Shown here: in pieces, positions 17,945 to 27,122 of the stretch | How positions within the stretch are numbered: position 1 is the first letter of the stretch | Layout of the letters: every line of letters begins with the position of its first letter | Assembly: GCA_002011035.2 (NCBI GenBank) | Contig: MTLY02000002.1 | Location: 320,001-384,000, forward strand | Reading direction: 5' to 3' | DNA: 64,000 nucleotides | Source: Candidatus Hecatella orcuttiae | GTDB lineage: Archaea; Thermoproteota; Bathyarchaeia; Hecatellales; Hecatellaceae | Notes under the pieces: model-generated | Seen by the model: the letters and a program-made list of their open reading frames with translations, nothing else | The model's database searches: none | Told to the model about the DNA's origin: nothing | Program-made: the position numbers and the translations under genes

Positions 17945-18859
17945 TCATCCGCCTTTGAGGTAGCGGTAGGCGTTTACCGCCGCGGTTATGCCTTCCCCCA
18001 CGGCAACGCCTACCTGGCGTACGTTCCCCGTCACGTCTCCCGCGGCATATACAGCTTTGAGGCTGGTTTCCTGCTTCCGGTTGACGAGGATGAACCCTTC
18101 ACCGTCAACCCGAACTCCTGCTTTCTCCGCCAACTTGCTTTGGGGAGCTTCGCCCACGTAAATGAATACGCCGTCCACGGGAAGAGCTGCCTCTTCCCCT
18201 GTTAGGCTGTTGGCCAGTTGAACACGGGCTACATGCCCGTTTCCTTCTATTGATTTGACTAAAGTGTCCCAAAGAATCTCTACGCCGCTTTCCTCCAACC
18301 TCTCTCGGAGGACAGCGTCCGCCCTAAGCTGGCTTCTTCGGTGCACGAGGTAAACTTTTTTCGCTAAATCCTTAAGGTGAAGCGCCCCGGACACAGCGGA
18401 GTTTCCTCCGCCCACCACCATGACAGTTTTATCCTTGAAGAAGGGGCCGTCGCAGGTGGCACAGTAGCTGACGCCTTTGCCTTTGAATTTTTCTTCACCG
18501 GGGACTCCCAGTTTTTTGGGAGCGCATCCAGTGGCGATGATCACCGCCCGGCAGGAGTAAAGGTTCCTGTCGGTTTTCACCTTCTTCTCCTCCCCGTGGA
18601 GGACCAGTTCCAAGACTGTTTCCGGGGCGTGGATTTTCGCCCCATACTTTGCAGCTTGCCTATGCAGCCTGTCCATGAGTTCGAGGCCGGTCACGGGTTC
18701 GACGCCGGGATAGTTTTCTATCAAAGCGGCTTCCGTAGCCAGTCCGCCTAGTATTTCCCCTACGACAAGCGTGTTCAACCCCATTCTCGCCCCGTAGAGT
18801 CCAGCTGCCAAGCCGGCGGGGCCTGCTCCGACGATGATGAGCTCGAAGTTTTCGGCCAA
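17945..18859 (-). CDS. trxB: Thioredoxin reductase
   Basis: GAGPAG, GVSYCATCDG, GGGNSA, HRR, AAGD. Confidence 0.92.
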   Translation of the reverse strand: MAENFELIIVGAGPAGLAAGLYGARMGLNTLVVGEILGGLATEAALIENYPGVEPVTGLELMDRLHRQAAKYGAKIHAPETVLELVLHGEEKKVKTDRNLYSCRAVIIATGCAPKKLGVPGEEKFKGKGVSYCATCDGPFFKDKTVMVVGGGNSAVSGALHLKDLAKKVYLVHRRSQLRADAVLRERLEESGVEILWDTLVKSIEGNGHVARVQLANSLTGEEAALPVDGVFIYVGEAPQSKLAEKAGVRVDGEGFILVNRKQETSLKAVYAAGDVTGNVRQVGVAVGEGITAAVNAYRYLKGG

Positions 18860-19019
18860 AATTTCCCCCTCAGCCTCGAAAGGCTTCCGCCATGATTTTC
18901 ATCTGATGTAAAGGCTTATAAAATATGATAGAATGAAGGTAATGTCGGAAAGTCTAAGTTCAGGTATGCACGCAGCCGAGGTCAGTCTTGAGAAAAGCTC
19001 TGCTGGTGAATGGTTAATT

Positions 19020-19736
19020 TTGGCTATAATCCGCTACAGCATCTTCGGAAGCCCTAACATCGGCATCTATTCTCTGGCCACCGACAAGTTCGTCATGCTT
19101 CCCGCCGGAGTTTCGGCCAGAAAAATTGAGAGGGCTGAAAAGGTTCTAAAGGTTAAGGCTGTAAGCCTGGATTTAGGCTACTCTAAACTGATAGGAATCC
19201 TCGCAGCCGCCAATTCCCACGGCATAATCCTACCTCACTACATTTCCGACGAGGAAGTCAGCTTCATCCGGAAACAGTTGGACGTGAGGGTCGACAGGCT
19301 TAACAGCAAGCATACATCCCTGGGAAACCTGATCCTAGCTAACGACCGCGGCGCGGTGGTAGCGCCTCTCTTCAGCCGAAGGGAGGTGAGGAGAATCGAA
19401 GAAACCTTAGCCGTTGACGCTGCCTCCAGCCCGCTGGTAGGTCTGCCTCTTCCCGGCTCCTTGGCCGTCGCAACCAACCAAGGGGCTCTCGTTCACCCTG
19501 AAGCCTCGGAGGAGGAGAAGAAATTGCTGTCAGAAGTCCTGAAGGTTCCGGTAAGCGTGGGAACCATCAACGGAGGTGTAACCTTCCTGAGCAGCGGCAT
19601 CCTTATCAACAGCCATGGGGCGCTGGTGGGTGCTTTCACCACAGGCCCTGAACTCATGGGCATTTCAGCTATCCTCCCCTCCAAAGCTCGAAGTCGAACT
19701 CGGGATTCCTCTAAGCCCTTGAATAGGAAGAGTTAA
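19020..19736 (+). CDS. eif6: Translation initiation factor aIF6
   Basis: GSPNIGIY, LGNLILAND, GSLAVATNQGALVHP, GTINGG, TTGPEL; TTG start at 19020 preferred (the ORF extends to 18933). Confidence 0.93.
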   Translation: MAIIRYSIFGSPNIGIYSLATDKFVMLPAGVSARKIERAEKVLKVKAVSLDLGYSKLIGILAAANSHGIILPHYISDEEVSFIRKQLDVRVDRLNSKHTSLGNLILANDRGAVVAPLFSRREVRRIEETLAVDAASSPLVGLPLPGSLAVATNQGALVHPEASEEEKKLLSEVLKVPVSVGTINGGVTFLSSGILINSHGALVGAFTTGPELMGISAILPSKARSRTRDSSKPLNRKS

Positions 19737-19775
19737 GAATTTTCCTTCTTATCGTATCTTGGGATTCGAAGGGAA

Positions 19776-20231
19776 GTGTCTGAAAGGAAACCTACCCAAG
19801 TAGGCTGGATTCCGATGGGGCGGGGAATAGGAAGCGAAAGGGAGCTTGTCCGTAAACTCGACGGCCTCGGGTTCGCCGTCCTCCGAGCTCCTGCTTCCGG
19901 CTCCCGAACGAAGCTGGACCGCCCTGACATCCTAGCCGGCCGGAAGGGTTTCTGCCTTGCCTTGGAAGTGAAGACCACAGCGAAAAGTATCCTATACGTT
20001 GAGAAGGCGTCTGTAGCCCAGTTGCTCCGGTTCTCCGAGAGATTCGGCGCCAAGGCCATGCTTGCTGTGAAGTTTAAACATAAAGGGAAGGGGTGGCTTC
20101 TCCTCGAACCCGGGAAACTCCCCTCCACCAGGAAAGGCTACAGAATAGCCTTCAAAGAAGCCTTAAAAACGGGTAAAAGCTTGGAATCCCTTGTCGCCCA
20201 CAAGCTTGAAACCTACCTTCAGCCTTCTTGA
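19776..20231 (+). CDS. hjc: Holliday junction resolvase Hjc
   Basis: ERELV..L...GFAVLRAPASG, PDILAG, EVK. Confidence 0.92.
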   Translation: MSERKPTQVGWIPMGRGIGSERELVRKLDGLGFAVLRAPASGSRTKLDRPDILAGRKGFCLALEVKTTAKSILYVEKASVAQLLRFSERFGAKAMLAVKFKHKGKGWLLLEPGKLPSTRKGYRIAFKEALKTGKSLESLVAHKLETYLQPS

Positions 20232-20257
20232 AAAACCCAAACAGGTGAAGAGAAAAC

Positions 20258-21343
20258 TTGGAGTTCGTGGAAATCGACGGCAGCATGCTGGAGGGAGGCG
20301 GGCAAATCCTCCGGGTTTCCGCAGCCCTCTCCGCCCTCACAGGTCGGGCTGCCCGAATTTTCAACATCAGGGCTAAGCGGAACCCTCCGGGCCTTCGCCT
20401 TCAGCATATCGCAGCCCTAAAGTCTGTGGCTTCCGTGGCGGAAGCTGAGGTGGAAGGCCTAAACCTCGGCTCCTCGGAGGTCAGGTTCAACCCCAAAACC
20501 TTGAGGGGAGGGGAGTTCCTCTTCCAGATCGGAAGCGCTGGAAGCACCATGCTCATCCTCCAAGCGTTGGCTCCGGTGGCAGCCTACGCTCCGAAGACCA
20601 TGTTCGCCGAGATCCACGGGGGAACCAACAACAAGTGGGCGCCTCCCGTCGAATACGTGCAGCAGGTTCTTTTCCCAACCTTGGAAAAGATAGGCTTCCG
20701 GGGCAGTGTTGCGCTGGTGAGAAGAGGCTTCTACCCACGAGGAGGCGGCGTGGTCAGGGCTAGGCTGAATCCGGCTCGAAGGCTGACGGCCGTTGACTTC
20801 ACAGATTTCTCCAAGGTTTCCCAGATTCGGGGACTGGCCTACGTCTGCCGCCTCCCCGGCCACATCGCCTCTAGGATGGCTAAAACCGCCTTGGAAATGC
20901 TTAGGGACGCCGGGTATGCCGACGTGGACATTCAGGTGGAGGTTCTTCAGGATGGGGATGGCGCCTGCGCGGTGAGCCCCGGCTGCGGCCTGTTTTTGGT
21001 GGCGGAGCTTCAAAACGGCTTGAAGATAGCTGCGGACAGTTTGGGGGAGAGGGGGAAACCTTCGGAGAAAGTGGGCGCTGAGGCTGCTGAAGCCCTTCTA
21101 AGCCAGCTGGGAACCAAGGCGCCTGTGGACACGCATCTAGCAGACCAGCTTATCGTCTGGTTGAGTCTAGCTCAAGGTGTTTCAAGGCTTAAAGTCTGCA
21201 AGCTCACTCTTCACGCGTTGACCTCCATGGAAGTCTGCAAGCTTTTCGTAGGGGCGGGCTTCAAGGTGGAGGGAAAGCTGGGGGAAACCGCCAACATAAC
21301 CTGCGAAGGAGTAGGCTGGAAGAACAGGTTTCTCGAACCCTAA
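20258..21343 (+). CDS. rtcA: RNA 3'-terminal phosphate cyclase
   Basis: DGSMLEGGGQILR, GGT, RRGFYPRGGG, DTHLADQL. Confidence 0.95.
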   Translation: MEFVEIDGSMLEGGGQILRVSAALSALTGRAARIFNIRAKRNPPGLRLQHIAALKSVASVAEAEVEGLNLGSSEVRFNPKTLRGGEFLFQIGSAGSTMLILQALAPVAAYAPKTMFAEIHGGTNNKWAPPVEYVQQVLFPTLEKIGFRGSVALVRRGFYPRGGGVVRARLNPARRLTAVDFTDFSKVSQIRGLAYVCRLPGHIASRMAKTALEMLRDAGYADVDIQVEVLQDGDGACAVSPGCGLFLVAELQNGLKIAADSLGERGKPSEKVGAEAAEALLSQLGTKAPVDTHLADQLIVWLSLAQGVSRLKVCKLTLHALTSMEVCKLFVGAGFKVEGKLGETANITCEGVGWKNRFLEP

Positions 21344-21359
21344 GGAGCCGTTTGGAGCT

Positions 21360-21947
21360 GTGATGCGCATTTACAGCCTCCGAAAAGAAGGCGCATGGTT
21401 CTGCGTAGGCATGGAGGAGGACGACTCTGTTTCCTTCTCCAGTTTCTCCCCCAAAAGTTTAAACCACGCCCTCCAAGCTTACGGGGGCTTCCCGGGCGAA
21501 GGCTGGAAGGTGGAAGAGAAACCTTCTCCGGAGGCGAAGGAAATCTTGGAAGCCCTAGCCGAAGCCTACATGGGGAGGGAGACCAACGTGAAGCCTCCCC
21601 TCGCCTTGGGAAGGCTGTCCCCCTTCACGAGGAGGGTTCTGGAAGCCGTGCGGGAGGTTCCCCGAGGCTTCACCGCCACCTATCGGGGCGTAGCTGAAGC
21701 TGTGGGGGTTCCTAGGGGAGCCAGAGCCGTGGGGAACGCTGTGGCCGGAAACCCGTTCTCCCTTCTCGTTCCCTGCCACCGCATCATAAAGTCAGACCTC
21801 ACCCTAGGCCGCTACGGTTTAGGCGCCTCCGTCAAGTTGATGCTGCTGAAGCGGGAAGGCGTAAAGATTTACCTCAGCCCCTCCAGCCGAAAACTCCGGG
21901 TCGACGTGCAGCACGTCTTAAAAAAAGGAACCCGGCGGCTGGCATAG
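21360..21947 (+). CDS. ogt: Methylated-DNA--protein-cysteine methyltransferase
   Basis: ARAVGNA, VPCHRII. Confidence 0.88.
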   Translation: MMRIYSLRKEGAWFCVGMEEDDSVSFSSFSPKSLNHALQAYGGFPGEGWKVEEKPSPEAKEILEALAEAYMGRETNVKPPLALGRLSPFTRRVLEAVREVPRGFTATYRGVAEAVGVPRGARAVGNAVAGNPFSLLVPCHRIIKSDLTLGRYGLGASVKLMLLKREGVKIYLSPSSRKLRVDVQHVLKKGTRRLA

Positions 21948-22144
21948 GCGGGAAGTCTCGCCCAAAAAACCTATGCTCATATATGCCACTTTTTCACATT
22001 CACCTCCAGCCGAGCTCTAGTCTTGACTCAGCTTAGGTCACGTTGCCTAAACCCGGTGATACGTTTGATGGGGCATTAGTTTTTTCGTTTTTCAGTGCAA
22101 AAAAGTATATATTCAACGGCAGCGAGGTTTCGGAGGGTTCTTCC

Positions 22145-22258
22145 CTGAAGTGCGCTTGGTGTGGAAGCGTTCTCAGCAAAAATTCCGCCTACTATCCTAG
22201 GTCGATGAAAGAACCTGTCTGCCGAAGCTGCTACCGGAAATATGGAGAAGACTACTGA
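22145..22258 (+). CDS. Small Zn-finger microprotein
   Basis: CAWC...CRSC in 37 aa; TATA-like TATATAT and SD-like GGAGGG precede an in-frame CTG at 22145. Confidence 0.5.
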   Translation: MKCAWCGSVLSKNSAYYPRSMKEPVCRSCYRKYGEDY

Positions 22259-22322
22259 GCTTCGGTGATGCTGCGGGAAGGCGGGGACGATAGCTATCAG
22301 TTTCGTTGGAAAGAATTATGGC

Positions 22323-22353
22323 ACTTATTTATGAGTAATAACTTATTAATAGT
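22323..22353 (+). promoter_or_regulatory. Tandem palindromic operator upstream of the ECF S-component gene
   Basis: ACTTATTTATGAGT and ACTTATTAATAGT, 18 bp apart. Confidence 0.35.
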
Positions 22354-22384
22354 ACTCCAGATATAAGCCTTCTCGGCTGGAACT

Positions 22385-23017
22385 ATGATGCGCAAGCCGA
22401 ATATCGTAGGCATTGCAGGCGCAGCTGTGCTGGCAGCCTTATCTGTGACCTTACAGCTTCTACCTCCCCTTTTCCTAACCCCTTGGTTCATGAGAATAGA
22501 CTTCGTGGCGGTGCCTTGGATTTTGGCCTGGATCTTCTTCGGATTTAGGCCGGCGGCCCTCAGCCTCCTCATAAGCGTCCCCTTGGTGGGGCTTCTCGGC
22601 CCCTTCGCTGGAGGCTGGGTGGGAGCCATCATGAAATCCGCAGCCAGCGTGTGGATGATCGCCGTGCCAGCCGGCTTCGCCTGCAAGTTCGGAGTTAACC
22701 GTCTGCTTCACAGCAAATGGCTTTACGCTTTGGTGGGCCTTGTGGCTGTAGCCGTACGGGATTTGGCCACCATCCTTTTCAACCTGTATTTCGCCATTCC
22801 CGTCTTCTTCGGGATGACCGTCCGCCAGGTGGTGGAGTTTTTCTCCAACCCTGTTTTCCAGAGCTTTGTAGGCCTCTCCCTAGGGGCGGCTGGGATAACG
22901 GCTGTAGCCGTGGAGATAGCCTTCTGGAACTCCGTTCAAGGCTTCATCGACCTCTATGTGGCCTTAGCCTTAGGTTTAGCCGTCCTCCGCAGGCTGAAGA
23001 TAAGGCCGGCCTCTTGA
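22385..23017 (+). CDS. ECF transporter S component (possibly RibU-like)
   Basis: AVLAALS.......P..FMRIDF..VP...A.IFFG; about 6 TM segments. Confidence 0.75.
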   Translation: MMRKPNIVGIAGAAVLAALSVTLQLLPPLFLTPWFMRIDFVAVPWILAWIFFGFRPAALSLLISVPLVGLLGPFAGGWVGAIMKSAASVWMIAVPAGFACKFGVNRLLHSKWLYALVGLVAVAVRDLATILFNLYFAIPVFFGMTVRQVVEFFSNPVFQSFVGLSLGAAGITAVAVEIAFWNSVQGFIDLYVALALGLAVLRRLKIRPAS

Positions 23018-23073
23018 GCGCCAATCCGCCTCGGTTTTCGCTGAGTATTTTTGGCTAACCTGAGCCTCCGAGC

Positions 23074-24363
23074 TTACCGCTGCCACCACATGAAGATGGG
23101 CGGTAAAACTATCAGGTCCACAGGTTCACTTACGCTCGTTGCATAGGCCGGGTCATCTGGAACGAAGATGATGTAAACCTTCAGCGTAAGCCACAGCCTT
23201 TCGGAAGGTAGCTGCCAGTTAAAGGAGTAGTTGCCGTTTTCCACCCTGATGTCGCGGAGGATGATGTCGTACTCTGGGCCTCGGCCTGAGTAAGCTACGA
23301 AGATGATGGACCCGTTTACTGCGGGCTCCACCGAGCCCACGGTCTCTAGGCTTGCACCAGCTTCAACAATAGGCAGTTTCATGGCAAAGGGCAGAGGAAC
23401 CACCGGTAAGTCTAAATTCATCGTCACCAAGGTGGGCCGCTGAGTCTGTATGACTATTTCCGGGTGAAGGATAGAGGCCAAAGTGTAGAGGCCGTTCACT
23501 ATCCGGGGCCCCGGCCTTAGGAAAAGGTCCTCGTCCACCACGTAGATTCGCTCATTTCGCACAGCGTCGATGATGTCCCACCCCGGCCTGCTCTTGACAT
23601 CGTTCGGGGACACTCCTCCGGCTGAGTGAGATTGGAGGATGATGAACTCGGGGTTGCGGTCGATGATGGTTTCGCTGCTCACAACCGGGTACTGGGAAAG
23701 GGCGTCGTGGAAAATGTTACTCCCACCTGCCTTGGTTATGATCTCGTCCACCCACGTGTCGGGGCCGAAGCTCATGAAGGGGTCATGCCAAAGCTCAAAA
23801 TAGACCCGGGGCGTGTAATCCGCCTCAGCGGCTACAATGTCTTCAACCCGGGAAACTTGGTCCATCATCTCCTGCGCCACCCTGTTTCCTCCTTCCACGT
23901 TTCCCGTGGCCGTTCCCACTAAGATGGCGTTCTGGATTACATCGTCGATGCTTTTGGGGTCTAGGGCGATCACCGCATAGCCTAGGTCGCTGAGTTCCTC
24001 AACGTAGGGCAGCTGAACTCCGGCGGTGGCGAGGATGAGGTCCGGCTCCAAGCCGATGACCGCCTCGATGCTGATGGAGCCGAAGCCTCCCACGGTAGGT
24101 AAGCCCACAGCTTCAGGAGGATAATCCGAGTAGGTGTCCACCCCCACAACCTGAGGCCCCGCGCCCACCGCGAAGAGAAGCTCCGTGTTGCTGGGGGCCA
24201 AGGAAACGATTCTTTGAGGAGGATAAGGATCAATCGTCACCGACCTCCCCAAATTGTCCACCACGGTAATCGAGTCAGCCGAAGCGGAAGGAACAACCCC
24301 GCCCGCCAAGGAAGCCAAAAGCAAAACCAAGACGAAATAGGTAAGGACTGCCCTCATACGCAT
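23074..24363 (-). CDS. Cobalamin/siderophore-type ABC substrate-binding protein (BtuF-like) with C-terminal extension
   Basis: Signal peptide, PQRIVSLAPSNTELLFA, RPGPRI. Confidence 0.85.
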   Translation of the reverse strand: MRMRAVLTYFVLVLLLASLAGGVVPSASADSITVVDNLGRSVTIDPYPPQRIVSLAPSNTELLFAVGAGPQVVGVDTYSDYPPEAVGLPTVGGFGSISIEAVIGLEPDLILATAGVQLPYVEELSDLGYAVIALDPKSIDDVIQNAILVGTATGNVEGGNRVAQEMMDQVSRVEDIVAAEADYTPRVYFELWHDPFMSFGPDTWVDEIITKAGGSNIFHDALSQYPVVSSETIIDRNPEFIILQSHSAGGVSPNDVKSRPGWDIIDAVRNERIYVVDEDLFLRPGPRIVNGLYTLASILHPEIVIQTQRPTLVTMNLDLPVVPLPFAMKLPIVEAGASLETVGSVEPAVNGSIIFVAYSGRGPEYDIILRDIRVENGNYSFNWQLPSERLWLTLKVYIIFVPDDPAYATSVSEPVDLIVLPPIFMWWQR

Positions 24364-24548
24364 TCCCTCTTAATGATATATGGATGGTTAATCCATCCTT
24401 ATATATTTAACGCACCAAAACCGGCAACGGCAGTCAGTTTTTTACCCTCTTTTCTCTTCAGTCGATTTTTGATTAAACTTTAAATTTAGCCGCTGTGAAA
24501 CGAAATATGCGCAATTATATCTACTGGATGATTAAAAGGTAGGCTGCG

Positions 24549-25883
24549 TTGGAGTTCGAAGTTTTGAAGAAGGTTTACGAGTTAACCCAATTTGGGTTAA
24601 CGCTCCTTCAGGCTAAGGTTTACGTTGGGCTTCTTCAGCTCGGCAAGTCTTCTGCAAGTCAGATAGCGAAGACGGTGAACATGCACAAGGCGGAGGCCTA
24701 CCGGGTTTTGAGAGAGTTGGAGAAGTTGGAGTTGGCGGAGGCTTCGTTAGGCCGTCCGATAACATTCCAGCCTGTCCATCCCCGAAAGGCGCTTACAAGG
24801 CTTCTCTCTCAGCTTTCTTCAAAAATGAAGAGCTTGAGCGCGAAGAAGAGGGAGCTGAGCTTATGGTTATCTTCCATTCCCAAAAGAAGCGTAGTGGAGG
24901 AGAAAGAGCATGTTAGGTTTGAATTGATTTCGGAGCAAGCTGGCAACAAGAGAATAGCCTCCATGCTGAAGCGTGCAAAAAAGGAGTTTCTCTTCGTTAC
25001 GCCGGTTGAACTTTTGGGAACCTACATTTCCATGTTAGACGGCGCAACGCTTAGAGGACTTATGCGAAGGGGAGTGAAGGTTAAGGGTATTTTAGAGGTA
25101 AAACAGTTCACTGACAGATTTTTAAACCATCTCATGGGATTGGTTAAACGCTACCAGAGAGTGGTTGACCTCAGACATTCTGACGACCTAGCCTCCCGCC
25201 TCACAATTTGCGACGGCAAAGAGCTGTTGGTCGGCGCTCAGGTTAAGCCTGGGATGGGAGAGCGTTTTGACCTCTGGACTAACAGTCCGAGTTACATTGC
25301 CATAACGAAGAGGTTCTTTGATGAAATGTGGGTTGACTCCGTACCCATGGGTGAAAGAGTTCAGGAGCTCAAGACAGGGGAACCTAGGGAGCTTTTCACC
25401 GTCATCAAAAACTTTGGAGCTTTCAGGGATAAAGCTCTTGAAATGATGAACAGGGCTGAAAAGGAAATGTTGTTCATCTCCGGCGTCCGAGGTTGGCGTC
25501 AGGTAGCCCAAGCTGGTTTGGTGGAAGCATTCACCAAAACCTTAAAAAGAGGTGTGAAGGCCAAGGGCATCGTCGAGGTGGAGGAAGAAAACTTGAAGGA
25601 TGTTAAGAAGCTTCGCAAATACTGCGAACTACGGCATCTGAGCCACCTCAACACTCGGATCTTCGTCGTTGACGGGGAAGAAATGACCTACGGCTATGCG
25701 ACAGAAAAGTGGACCCGCATCTGGACGAACAGCAAATCGTTCGTTGCCGCTGCCAAAGAACACTTCCAACGGCTATGGGAAATATCGTCCAATGTCGACG
25801 CTAGGATTTCCGAGCTGGAAACGGCTTCGTTGAAGAATCCTAGTCTAGCCCAATGGATGCAGGCGGCGTCTTTCCCTGTGTAA
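24549..25883 (+). CDS. TrmB-family regulator with two tandem effector domains
   Basis: FGLT..QAKVY.GL..LG wHTH, then two A.KE..F...RGVK.KGI.EV...LRH...DG.E...WTNS repeats. Confidence 0.85.
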   Translation: MEFEVLKKVYELTQFGLTLLQAKVYVGLLQLGKSSASQIAKTVNMHKAEAYRVLRELEKLELAEASLGRPITFQPVHPRKALTRLLSQLSSKMKSLSAKKRELSLWLSSIPKRSVVEEKEHVRFELISEQAGNKRIASMLKRAKKEFLFVTPVELLGTYISMLDGATLRGLMRRGVKVKGILEVKQFTDRFLNHLMGLVKRYQRVVDLRHSDDLASRLTICDGKELLVGAQVKPGMGERFDLWTNSPSYIAITKRFFDEMWVDSVPMGERVQELKTGEPRELFTVIKNFGAFRDKALEMMNRAEKEMLFISGVRGWRQVAQAGLVEAFTKTLKRGVKAKGIVEVEEENLKDVKKLRKYCELRHLSHLNTRIFVVDGEEMTYGYATEKWTRIWTNSKSFVAAAKEHFQRLWEISSNVDARISELETASLKNPSLAQWMQAASFPV

Positions 25884-25916
25884 TCTGTTTTGCTTGAGGC
25901 TATTTTTCCTACATGT

Positions 25917-26114
25917 TCATGTATAGGCGTGGATTATCTTGCCAGGGAAGTTCTCCGGAGAACTTCCCTTAGAGTTTTGGTTGGTGGAGCTTACGTAGAT
26001 TTCCTTAACCTCATGTTTTTCTTTCAGTAGCTTCCTTATGATTTCACCTATTTCCGCGGGGGCCCCGAAACATTCGAACTGCATACCTTTAACCTTAAAT
26101 TTTAACTTAATCAT
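25917..26114 (-). CDS. Small hypothetical protein
   Basis: 65-aa ATG ORF filling an intergenic gap; no motif recognised. Confidence 0.35.
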   Translation of the reverse strand: MIKLKFKVKGMQFECFGAPAEIGEIIRKLLKEKHEVKEIYVSSTNQNSKGSSPENFPGKIIHAYT

Positions 26115-26361
26115 GGTTATAGGCCCCTTAAACAGGGAATCAAAAGAAAGCTGCTTTTTCTATTAAAGATTAGTAAGTTATATTCCAACTTTATTTATAG
26201 GTAAATAAAGAGGCTGCCTATCTTTCAGCACCACCCAACCGGTGGAAAAGGCTGAATGCTGAAATTCTTGACGGCTCCCCGGGCTAAAGTTTATCCCTGA
26301 GCCCCGAATTTTATTTGACCGTGGAACCGATTGAAAGAAGACTCCCTCAGGCGGTTTTAAC

Positions 26362-27003
26362 ATGGTGGCCCCTCCTTCGGTAAGAGTCCTCGCCCTAGTA
26401 TCCGGGGGTCTTGACTCCCCGGTGGCTGCGTATCTGGTAGGGAGGAGTCTGGGCGTGGAGGTTTCTGTTCTTCATTTAGACAATTTCCCCCTTTTAAAGG
26501 AGACAGGCCGCTTGAAGGCGTTGAGGTGCTGGGAGAAGCTGAAAAGGCTTAAGGTGGTGGGAGAGGCCTATGTTCTCCCTCACAGTCACAGCCTTTTGGA
26601 GTTCTACAGAAAATGCGAGCGGAGGCTGGTGTGCGTGCTCTGCCGAAGGCAGATGCTGAGGGTAGCGGAGAAGCTGGCGGAGGAGCTCTCAGCCTCAGCC
26701 TTGGTGACGGGGGAAAGCCTAGGCCAGGTGGCCAGCCAGACTTTGGCCAACATCGCCGTAGAAGACCAAGCTGTGAAGCTTCCGGTCCTCCGCCCTCTTA
26801 TCGGCTTTAACAAGGAGGAGATCGTGGCGATTTCCAAGCAGATAGGAACATACCTTGACTCCATCATACCCGGGGGATGCTGCGCCAACCCTAGGAAGCC
26901 TGCCACCCAAGCTAGGCTGGAAAAGGTCTTGGAGGAAGAGGCCAAGCTGAACCTAGAAGCTATGACGGCCAAGTCTTTAGCCGGGAAAAAAGTATACTCC
27001 TGA
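26362..27003 (+). CDS. thiI: ThiI-like tRNA sulfurtransferase catalytic domain (no THUMP)
   Basis: SGGLDS PP-loop, CVLC, TGESLGQVASQT, RPLIG, CC. Confidence 0.8.
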   Translation: MVAPPSVRVLALVSGGLDSPVAAYLVGRSLGVEVSVLHLDNFPLLKETGRLKALRCWEKLKRLKVVGEAYVLPHSHSLLEFYRKCERRLVCVLCRRQMLRVAEKLAEELSASALVTGESLGQVASQTLANIAVEDQAVKLPVLRPLIGFNKEEIVAISKQIGTYLDSIIPGGCCANPRKPATQARLEKVLEEEAKLNLEAMTAKSLAGKKVYS

Positions 27004-27122
27004 GCGGCTACAGAGGCTCCTGCCAGTGGAAAGCCTTTTTTGCCGGCGAGGGCAACCCGCCGGAAGGTTCTAGTTAGTTTTTAACCTTCAAAGAAATAAA
27101 AAGTAAGGAAGGCTGAGGGGAG

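Noticed and set aside
24364-24548. Cobalamin riboswitch upstream of the BtuF-like gene
   Set aside because: Short AT-rich divergent promoter with no B12-box or GGGAA core
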